DNA of 64,000 nt. It comes from Naegleria gruberi (lineage: Eukaryota). Under the pieces are notes generated by a model. That model was given only the letters and a program-made list of their open reading frames with translations, ran no database searches and was not told where the DNA came from. Position 1 is the stretch's first letter, and each line of letters begins with the position of its first letter. Shown piece after piece: positions 12,335 to 21,931 of the stretch. The translations under genes and the position numbers were made by a program. The stretch is from the NCBI GenBank assembly GCA_000004985.1, contig GG738852.1; one strand, 5' to 3'.

Positions 12335-13675
12335 ATGCTGAGCAAAAGTAGCGGCTTACTTTCAAGGAGGATTGTATCACTCCTAAAATTTAAAACAAAT
12401 AATGTACATTATAATTTTCCACGAAATAGTGTTCGTGATTTTAAAATTCGAAAGTTAGTGGAGGAGGAAGTAAAGATGAATATTCATAATCATGTTCACT
12501 TTGGAGGCTCCGAAGAGTATAAATCAGAGGAGGAATACCATCAAAAAGTGGATAAACAAAATGGAAAATTATGGAAATTGATGGTGGCTTTTCCTTCTCT
12601 TGCTGTTTTGCTCTTCGTAACGACAATAAGTATAGATAAGATGACGTATGAGGATTTGAAGAATTTGAATTTGGAAGAATTATTTAAAACAAAATTTATG
12701 GATGGGAAAACATATTACCTTGAGGATAATAAGGGTGGCGATTTGAAATTAGCATCACTGTTAAATCATACAGATGATTCATATTTGACAAGGTTGATCA
12801 AGGATTATTATAGAGCTCCTGTATTATGGGGATTATCTGCTATACATATTGCATCCTATACAGCCCTGGTAGCTCTTCAATTAAAGAGTCCAAGACGATA
12901 TGCTCGTTTCTTTGAAAGACACATGACAGTCTCACTCAATAACCTTTACGAAAAAAGATTTCACACTCTAATTACCAGTATTTTTGCTCACAAGAATGCT
13001 CTCTCCTTGGCAACAAGCGTACTTGCTATCAATTTTGTTGGCTGTTCTTTAAAGGAGTTTTTGAGTGATTCAACATTGTTAAGCATTTATTTTGGATCAG
13101 CAATTCTAGGTGTGTTGGCAGCCTCAATGTATGGTGTATTTTTGGTGAACTATTTCAGAAGAAACATGATGATGAGAGTACAATTGATTCATACAGGAAA
13201 GTTTGGATTTGATGCTACTTATTATGCATTACTTTGTGCATTACTTGGATTTAATACTGAACAATTTGATTTATTTGAAGAATATTTTGTGCCTAGCAAT
13301 TCACAACTAATGAACGGTATTTTGCTGTTCCAATTTATTCTTGCTATGAATGGCTTCAAGATTAACTTATTTTCAAATGCTATGAGCTCATACTTTGGAT
13401 ATGGAGTTATCAGAGCGTTGAGCAAACAAGAACATCATCAACAGAGAAGAATAGTGGAAATTAATACTGATTATCGTTATTATTTGGGTGAAATCAAAGA
13501 ATTTAAAGGTGATGGAAAGGGTATTGCCGTCAAACCAGACTTTCAATCGGCTTACTATGGAGATTTCAAAGATGATAAGTTTAATGGATTTGGTACAATA
13601 GTTGTGCCACCAAAAGAAAAACCAAGAGTTTTGAGTGGATTCTTTGAAAATGGCGAAATGAAATATTCGAAATAA
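12335..13675 (+). CDS. Rhomboid-like paralogue lacking the catalytic Ser/His (probable inactive rhomboid) with a C-terminal extension
   Basis: It shares the R.HTLITS.F.H block (FHTLITSIFAHKN) with the neighbouring rhomboid (HTLLTSMFTHSD), but GxSG is replaced (YFGSAILGV) and no His motif is present. Transcribed divergently, with the start about 50 bp from the 11334..12284 gene start. Confidence 0.5.
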   Translation: MLSKSSGLLSRRIVSLLKFKTNNVHYNFPRNSVRDFKIRKLVEEEVKMNIHNHVHFGGSEEYKSEEEYHQKVDKQNGKLWKLMVAFPSLAVLLFVTTISIDKMTYEDLKNLNLEELFKTKFMDGKTYYLEDNKGGDLKLASLLNHTDDSYLTRLIKDYYRAPVLWGLSAIHIASYTALVALQLKSPRRYARFFERHMTVSLNNLYEKRFHTLITSIFAHKNALSLATSVLAINFVGCSLKEFLSDSTLLSIYFGSAILGVLAASMYGVFLVNYFRRNMMMRVQLIHTGKFGFDATYYALLCALLGFNTEQFDLFEEYFVPSNSQLMNGILLFQFILAMNGFKINLFSNAMSSYFGYGVIRALSKQEHHQQRRIVEINTDYRYYLGEIKEFKGDGKGIAVKPDFQSAYYGDFKDDKFNGFGTIVVPPKEKPRVLSGFFENGEMKYSK

Positions 13676-13903
13676 AGTAACACCAAAAGAAACATCTCTA
13701 AAAAGGCAAAGAATTCTAGATTGATCACAAATAAGGAAGAACCTCAACAATAGGATTAATTTACTACATACGATTAAGCTTTGGAAGTGGTTTGTGGAGC
13801 GGTAGAGCCAAATTTGCTGTGGAACACAAATTCCCAAAAAATAAGAAGGAAAATCAGTCTGTGGAATAGATACCCACTATTTTTACAAAAACAGTTTTAA
13901 AAA

Positions 13904-15934
13904 ATGCCGAAAAGTCACGAAGTGTGGAGTGAAGCCCAATTTGTGAATGTTGGACAGGGTATGAATACAGCCACGCACAAATATACAACATCAACTAATG
14001 AAGAATTGTTTCCCATTGCCTGTGGACAATGCAGAAAGCTACATAAGCGTTGGTATGTTATTTTGTGATTGGAATTTGTTGTGATGATAATGAAATAATA
14101 ATAGTGGTAAGTGATACATGTTCGGAGGAACTTTAATATTCTCTCTCTAATAGATAAGAAATTACCATCATGTTCGAAATGCGTTTCAAAGGGGTTGACC
14201 TGTACGGTAGGTTTAATCGATTCATAGTTGTGTTGGGATAATTAGTAAAAGTATCAAGAACCAAAAAAGAAGGGTAGAACAAAGGGATCTAAAAATCATG
14301 TCACTAGTACTGAAGGTAATTCTAAAAATCAACAATCAAATAGTGGAGAAAACACTCCATCCCCCTTGAATCGAGATGATAATTCCAATGAAAATTCTTC
14401 ATCACCACCAAGTGTAGTAGTAGAAAATATTCCTCAATGTCAGTCATCTTCACAAAATAGTAATGTAAAAACACCATACGGAACCAATCTTGTAAATATT
14501 TCAAATAATCTCGTCAATAATGTGATGAATCCGATAACAAGTGTGGAAAATATGTTGAGTCAAACTCCTTCGTTTTTAAGAACAATGAGGATGAACCTTA
14601 TTGATGCTTACTATGAAATAGTATCTTTGGGCTATCCTCTTATTGAGAGATCAGAATTGGAGCGATACATGTTTAGCCAGGATCAACTCAATGATAGAAA
14701 GGAAATTCTTGCATTTGTCTTGTCTATACAGGGATTGTGCCAACAAAGGTTTGGATATTCAGATCTTGCCACTGATAGTATTGAAAAATCTGCTCTAGTT
14801 CTGAAAGACTGTTTTGATGGATACTCTGATTTTTATACAGCTGCAACTTATTCAAATTTTGCATATTATTTTTTAGGTGAAGGCGATACAAAGAAATCAA
14901 GATTCTACAATCATTTTGTAGAATTTTATTTGAAAGAATTGGATGAATTTGCAAATATTTACCAGCAAAACCTTAGATGGATTAAGCTTTTGGTTGACTA
15001 TTTGGGAAATCCTAGATTTCCCTATCTTTCTCCTGTTGATTTAATAGGATTTTTCAACTCTGTAGTAGATAAGGATATGCCTACTGAATGGAAGAATGCA
15101 CTCTTTGATTTTGCTGGTACTAATATTTCAAATTGTGAAGAAAGGTTGGCTATTTTTCATTGCATTACAGATTCAATGCAAAAGATGAGAAGAGGGTCAC
15201 TTATATCATCTATTATTTATGATGTAATTTATGGTGTGTTGAAAACAGGATTGAGTATTTCTATTTATTCTTTTGTGGATTTAATTCATTTTAGGCAAAC
15301 TATATTCGACCTTATTGTCAAGATGTTTAATATTTCAGATAATGAATACTTTTCATTCTCACCACCTATTGTAATACCCTACATGATCGTTTCTGCCAAA
15401 ATATTATTGGAGATGGAAAAGGTTATCGCTACAGGAGAGTTGAATACTAATGGTATCGATTACTACAGTTTACTCTCTAAATGTAATAGAGCACTCAACA
15501 TTTTAGCAAAGAGATACAGGTCCATCTCTTTATCATACTCTGATGTTTTACAGCAATTGAATACTCTTTTATCTAATAGATTCCAAAACTCTGAGACATA
15601 TATAGATTATAGCATTCCAGCAACTATTCCTCAAACTAAATCAAAAATATCTAGACTTGTGGAATTTGATTCAGAAATTAAGGGGTTCTTCCTTCCTTTT
15701 GTTCATCCACTAATTGAGCAAAACATGCTCACCCCTAAACCTCATGTTACATTTGCTACAGAACTTTCACCAAGTCGATCAACTGATCAAGCCAAGCCAC
15801 AAACAACCAATTCTCCCAATGCTTTCGAAAATAACGACTTCATAATGTCATTTTATCAAGATCCTCTGTTAACAGATGAAATAATTGCGTGTCTAGAAGA
15901 AGATGAGCATTATTTAAATGATGAATTTCTCTAA
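13904..15934 (+). CDS. Zn(II)2Cys6 (GAL4-type) binuclear-cluster transcription factor; multi-exon, first junctions unresolved
   Basis: Exon 1 13904..14052 encodes ...IACGQCRKLHKR+tg. Exon 14154..14206 encodes (D)KKLPSCSKCVSKGLTCT. A 45-nt GTAGGT..AG intron follows, then exon 14252..15934, which begins YQEPKKKGRTKGSK (basic linker typical after a Zn cluster). The third Cys of the cluster is only reconstituted if the 2 nt 'tg' at 14105-14106 are retained (see findings). Confidence 0.5.
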
Positions 15935-15942
15935 TAAAAACT

Positions 15943-17352
15943 TTATTTTTCAAATTTAGAAATAAACCATTTTGCTGATGTATCATGCACATGCTTGGCA
16001 AAATTGATATTCTTTGCTAATGGATGGGACTGGATGGATTCGTGTTCTTGAATAAATTTGAGAAACTTTTGAGTATCCTTTTTGGAAAATACAGCATCTG
16101 GGAAACACTCTTGTAAGAGGGAAGGTAATTTTGTCAATAAATATTCTTCGATTTCCTTTTCATCTTGTTCATTGAACTTGGATTTTTTCTCTTCTTTTTC
16201 TCTCTTGATTTTTTCTTGTTTGGTTTCTCCAAATTCCCAAATTAAGGAAGTGGATAGTTGAGTTTCAGAATCAGTAAATTGTCCATTAAATAATTTGTTT
16301 TCAAAGAGCATTAATTGTTTGATAAATCCATCATTTGGTCGAATAATATCTCTTCTTTCTTTAACATATTCAAGTGCCTGTTTCAAATTATATTTAAAGT
16401 GAGACATTACAAATGCAATCACAAAGCTGGCACTTCTTGATTTTCCAATAACACAATGAACTAGGATTTTCTTCTTTTCTTGGAGAGCAACGTTGATATA
16501 ATCGATACCTTCTTGTAAGAAGGTGAGAATATCTTGTTCCCTTTCATCTTTGAGTGCAATTCTCTTGAATTTAATCTGCTTTGGAACATGTTTACCAAGT
16601 GGCCACTCTTGTGTCACATTGAGGATGTATTCAACACCATTCTTGGTCAATTGAATTTCATCATTGGCATCCATTCCACTTCCCAAGAAGAGAACATCTT
16701 CAATAATGGTTGACATGCCACTCGGAAAGTTTGGTTCTCTCTTCTTTTTTGATAATTTGACAATTAACTCATCTTTGGAAATTTTAATTGATCGTTGCTT
16801 GCTATTTCCTTCACTTTTGTGATAAATTCCATAAAGAGATGAGATGGCGTGAATAAATTTACGATCAACATTTGTAAATTCAGTAGGGAATGTATAATTC
16901 TTTTGATTTTCATCTTCAATAAAGTTGGTAATAATTTTCAAAATTGAACCTGTTTTTTCATTCAAGATATAAATTGGTAATTCCAAACTTTCAGATGAAG
17001 GATGATCCATGTGGAACACTTGACTACTCAAACAAGTTTGTTCAATTTTTAACAAGGTTTCCAATAGAAATTCGGAAATATTTTCATCGGAATCTACTTG
17101 ATTAATGTTTATATTTTTCAAGTAAAAATCAATTATGCTTGGTGATACATCTTGTGTTGCTTGATTTAATTTTGTTGTCAAATCATCAATAAATTGTTTA
17201 ATTTTAACATTTTCCAAAGTGTTGTATGCCAATGGAATTGGTTCTGATAAACAAGTGTGGATATTGAAAGTAACAGTGCCACTCAAGCCCTTGTTACACA
17301 ATTCTACAACTTGATCTAATCCTTCCGATGATGATGAAGATGGTGATGACAT
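15943..17352 (-). CDS. Dual-specificity protein phosphatase (DUSP/MKP-like)
   Basis: Catalytic loop VHCVIGKSRSASFVIAFVM (HCxxGxxRS). ORF-track start 17460 is upstream of the first ATG, which is at 17350-17352 (MSSPSSSSSEGL...). Confidence 0.7.
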   Translation of the reverse strand: MSSPSSSSSEGLDQVVELCNKGLSGTVTFNIHTCLSEPIPLAYNTLENVKIKQFIDDLTTKLNQATQDVSPSIIDFYLKNININQVDSDENISEFLLETLLKIEQTCLSSQVFHMDHPSSESLELPIYILNEKTGSILKIITNFIEDENQKNYTFPTEFTNVDRKFIHAISSLYGIYHKSEGNSKQRSIKISKDELIVKLSKKKREPNFPSGMSTIIEDVLFLGSGMDANDEIQLTKNGVEYILNVTQEWPLGKHVPKQIKFKRIALKDEREQDILTFLQEGIDYINVALQEKKKILVHCVIGKSRSASFVIAFVMSHFKYNLKQALEYVKERRDIIRPNDGFIKQLMLFENKLFNGQFTDSETQLSTSLIWEFGETKQEKIKREKEEKKSKFNEQDEKEIEEYLLTKLPSLLQECFPDAVFSKKDTQKFLKFIQEHESIQSHPLAKNINFAKHVHDTSAKWFISKFEK

Positions 17353-17441
17353 TTTTTTTATTGTAAAATTAGAAAACAAACTTTGATGAACTACAACAAA
17401 CGAATACAAAAGTTTAATTGTGTGCAAATTAGAGATGGAAT

Positions 17442-20001
17442 CTATCTTCTCTTTTTGCATTTTTCAATCATACGAAGTGTTGGTAAATCTTGATTGTTTT
17501 GTTGAAGATACTCTCTAAATAATGGAAGTGCTTCTTCACATTCGTCACAGAAAAATCTTGAACATGCTTCATTGTACATTTTCCACTTATTCTTTTGTTC
17601 TGTGGATTGTAATTCATACATCCATTCATCCATTTCAACTGACTTGGATTCACCAACTTCATATAATTTTACCTTTTCTGTTCTTCTAATTTCTATTAAG
17701 GGAGAGGTGGTGCTATCCTCATTCAAAAGATGTGTACTAGCAACATATCTTGTATGGAAATCATTACTAATTTCAACATTAGCATCATTTGTTATTACTA
17801 TTCCCAAGTTAAACTTTTTAGCCTTCTTCATCAATAATTGTAAATTATTGTTGGCACTACCAATAATGGTAAAAGACTTGGAGTTTTTAGTACCAACATT
17901 ACCACAATGAGCATGTTGAGACAAAATACCAAACCTAACCTTGAATTGCTCTAACATCTTTGGAGATTGATTGAAAATGTCCTTTTGTTCCCATTTTGTG
18001 GAGCGTATTTGGTTCATTCTCTCTCTCAGTGTTGCAGCAGTGTGAGCAGCTTTCAATTCGTGGAATTTAATTCGCTCAGTGGAATTCCAACTCAAAAAGA
18101 CACTTTCATTCTCAAAGTTACCAATTTGAGCACCATTTGTAAGAGAAGCCTTTTGTAAAACTTCATAAATATCTGTCAAGAGATGAGTAATTTCATTAAA
18201 ACTCAAATTTTGAACCCACAAGTTAAATCCATCAAGATAGATCACCATGGATGAAACTCTTCTCTTTTCAAAACCAATCTTGAATAGTACGTTTGAAGAA
18301 GCTCCCATACTCTTCTTCATTGAAGATGAATTATTCATGGATGTATCTAAACCTGTGGCACTGTTGAGAGAAGCTCTTCTCTTTGATCCTGAAGGTACTG
18401 CCAAAAAGTTATTGCCAGTGCTATGCTTCATAGTGGAATTATTAATTTCTTCGACAGGTTGATCTTGATTTTCAAGCTGGTGCAACAAGTGAGAAGGAAT
18501 GAAGGCTCTATATTGCTTAATTCGTTGGGTCATCATTAAGAATTGGTCTTGCAATTTAGAAACTTCCTTAAATCTACTTGGTTTGATATTTAAAAAATCA
18601 AGTTCCATTCTCGAGACGCTCTCGAAAAGTTCAATAAGATTTTGGAAAGGTTTTGTTATCTTTACAGAGTAAACAATACCAGCAATAACTCCACCAATAG
18701 TAATAAGCACACTGATACCTAAGGCAATGCAAATTGCAATAATCATTGGTCCAATATATATCCACTGAGGTACAGAGAAGATTATTATCCAATCCATATT
18801 AAATTGAGTACACATTCTATAAGCACTAGTGACACGAGAGGTGAACATGTTTGTGCTCATTGTGTTGCACTTTAAGGTTTCATTGAGAGGATTTGTATAG
18901 CTGGAAACGAGTTCTGCATACATTTTTGTAATTTCTGGATCTGAGTGTTGATCTGGGGTTATTCTACCAGTGATTGAAATTTCAGGTTTACTCGCTTGAT
19001 GTTTACAAGTTGAATTATTGAAATAATGTGTTACAATAAAACTCACTGAACTACTTACTGGCAATAATAAAATTGGTGCTTGATTCAATGATCAAACCTA
19101 TTGATCCAATAACATAATCTGCTGTTGCTGTTTTTAAGAATTTACTCATATTGTCCACACTCATATCCAAGTGGAGAAACCAATCAAATGGTTTGTCACT
19201 TGTGGCTTGAGTATTATTAGGTGCTGTAAATGAATTAACCAAAGCTATCAACACAGCATCAATACCTGGAGATTTATAGGTGAGTGTATATACAGGTTTT
19301 CCAGGATTGGTTTTGATAACTGAATATGAGGATCTTGTATCGTATGGTTTTGTTGTTTTAACAGAGTATGAAAAGTTGGCAGGAATGCATCCTTGATTTA
19401 CATTAAGGGTTACACATGGATATCTGTACAGACCAGTATCATTTTGCAAAGTTTGTGAAACTGGAAGTGTTTTCACCATCAAAATACCTTGGTGGGGATT
19501 TCCTCTTCCGTACAAACTTGCAGCATTAACAAATCCTGCATGGTACTTGATTTCGTTAAAGTAAATGTTTTGCATGTGCTTCATAACCTTTGGTTGGAAA
19601 ACATCAGAGTGATTATTTGACATGGCCACTATCAGTTGGTTCTTCATTGTGTCTGAACCAACAGCAATTTCTCTAAATGTGTTTTCAGTGTATTGTGTAA
19701 TTTTTGAGAATTGAGCCTCTGTGAGTGATCGAGACAAAGTTCGGGTGGTATCAGCAAAAAAGGCTACCCAAATAGCTGTAAGGAATAAAACACATAACAA
19801 TATCACTGTTAAAAAGATGGTTATTGAACAAGATTTGATGGAGATTGTGAACCTTGATTTCAAGACCAATTCATCTTCACTCGTTCCAGTCGATATTATT
19901 TCCATAGAGTTTTCTCCATTCTGACTTCCTGTGGTTTGAACAGGCACTATGGTCGACTTCTTCCAGTTTGGATGTAATTGATCATTTGGAGTAGTTGTCA
20001 T
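17442..20001 (-). CDS. Receptor-like membrane protein with extracellular domain, 2 TM and a degenerate class III nucleotidyl-cyclase homology domain (probable pseudo-cyclase); 2 exons
   Basis: Exons 19059..20001 and 17442..18994 (minus strand). Proposed 64-nt GTAAGT..AG intron (18995..19058), phase 1. ATG at 19999-20001 (ORF-track M at 20061 is TTG). The cyclase-like blocks are VSSMVIYLDGFN ... AQIGNFENESVF ... RFGILSQHAHCGNVG ... TIIGSANNN. The second metal Asp is Asn and the NTASR arginine is absent. Confidence 0.5.
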
Positions 20002-20811
20002 TATGTTTGAGTTGGTGGAGGAGCTTTTGTTTATGAGTATGATGATGATTTTGTTAAGCAACTTTAGGACTAGTGAAAGGAAGGCTCAACAAATCGATAT
20101 TTAGGAGATTTGATTTGATAGGTTTTTTTGAGGTGAGAATTTGGTAAGGGTTGTCATTAAGTGTCTCTTGGTGTGATGAATAAAACTAGCGTTGTTGGCG
20201 GGAATACCGTCCAGTGTCTTTATAGAAAATATACATTCCTTAATCAAATATTATACCGTAGGATGTGTTGCGTGCATCTAAATTAAAGCCTCGTCCAAAC
20301 AAAGGTCTTTTTACGTAAAAAAACAAACTTATCAGAACATCTTAACGGCCCAGATGCAAAGAGCAAATTCGTCCAATTTATATATTAAGGCATTTTTAGG
20401 ACATCATTGTCAGTAATAAAGAATAAAGAGGCGCAATATCTTTTATAAATCTATCTCAACTTTTCGTAATAGTCACAAGCAAAGAACAGGTGCAATCAAC
20501 TACTTAACTTGAAACCTATCTTAAAAAAATTGGGCTTCCTTTTGAAAGAACAACAAGCCATGTCTACATCTTCAAGAAGAACAATCACTAAGCTAATAAC
20601 ACTCCATTTTAAAATTGAAATTGTAATTGCAGATTTTGGATTGGCTAAAAAGTTTCTAGAAATGAAAGGCAATTTACAAGTAGGTCCATACCTTGAAAAT
20701 TCACAACCTCAGAAAATGAAGCCAAATTTGCTCCAATTAATTGGAGAATGTTTTCAAAAACTACTGCTCATTAGCAGTTACAGAAATTCAAATCAATTTG
20801 TTGTAGAGATA

Positions 20812-21854
20812 TTAACAAAGAATACACTTCTTTCTTTGTTTCTTATCTTTCCATGTTTTCATATCCTCTATAGAAGCTCCATCTCTTTCATCTATTTCTT
20901 TAATTGCATTAAGAAATGGAAATTGAGACCAATCCTCCATTTTCAGAACATGTTCAAATATTTGATTCATGTTAATTGTTTGTTTAGCACTTGTTTCGAA
21001 TATTGCAGTATTTTTCAACTCAAATTCCTTGATAATTGTTCCAATAAATGAAATTATACTTTCCACACTTTCTATTCTTTCTTTTTCTGGAATATCAATC
21101 TTATTAATGGCAAATAAAACTGGAAAATCATTAATTTCTCTATCTTTAGCTCTAACTAAAATGTTAAATATACGTTTCGTATATTCCATTCTCTTTTCAT
21201 CGAGAGCATAGGTTGTGGAAAATAGATAAATAATTGAGTTGTATCTTTTAAATGCATGTTCAATGAGGGCAGTATATTCATCATGAGTATACAATTTCAA
21301 CAATTCAATCATAGTCCTTTCATTAAACTTTTTTCTGAATGTATCCTCAATGGAACATCCATACCAACAATCATCAACAAAATAACCATGAATTAATTGA
21401 TTGGCGATTGCCGTTTTACCAACACCACCTTAATAATTTAATTTCATCTAATGATCATCATGTACATACCCTCTCCTACTAGAACCATATATCTTTCTTG
21501 TATTTTTGGTGGAATTGTCTCACTTACTGGAATGAAATATTGAGTACGAGCCCATCTCAATAACAAAACTATTCTTCGTAGATTTCTCCTTCCTCTCCAC
21601 TTTTCCAATTCATTACAATTTTTGGCTTCATATTCTAATAAATTAAACCAAAAATTAGATGTGATTGGTTGAAACCATTCCGAAAATTGTTTACTAATGC
21701 TTTCCAATTTTAATACTTCCATAATGAGGGATTGATGTTTAGTAGTTTGAATATTAGAAAAATTAATTTCATCCTTCTGTTGTATGAGGAGCGAAGATAA
21801 AAGAAAAGATCGGATGATTTCTACCAATTCACTGGGAAGAACCAGTAAACTCAT
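20812..21854 (-). CDS. Atypical Ras/Rab-superfamily small GTPase with ~130-aa N-terminal extension and C-terminal CXC; 2 exons
   Basis: Exons 21470..21854 and 20812..21428 (minus strand), joined by a 41-nt GTATGT..AG intron (21429..21469), phase 1. Splicing creates the P-loop LVGEGGVGKTA. Switch I is SIEDTF. The G3 DxxG motif is replaced (LYTHDEY). NKID and ETSAK are present. C-terminus is ...KKCILC. ATG at 21852-21854 (ORF-track M at 21893 is TTG). The N-terminus contains an F-box-like LPSELVEIIRSFL. Confidence 0.6.
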
Positions 21855-21931
21855 TTTTTTAAGTTTTACAATGTAAACTTGTCCGTTCGCCAAAGGTAAT
21901 CAAGCTGATTATTCACATTTCATTAAAAAAA

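Noticed and set aside
13560-13675. MORN-repeat assignment for the C-terminal extension of the inactive rhomboid-like protein (YYGDFKDDKFNGFGT...GFFENGEMKY)
   Set aside because: Only one or two weak YxGxxxxGxxxGxG-like units. Too little to call a MORN domain.
20509-21051. Plus-strand ORF whose product contains a kinase-like IADFGLAKKF (DFG) peptide
   Set aside because: No HRDLKPEN, Gly-loop or APE motifs around it, and it overlaps antisense to the well-supported small-GTPase exon. Probably a chance motif or a decayed relic, not a gene.
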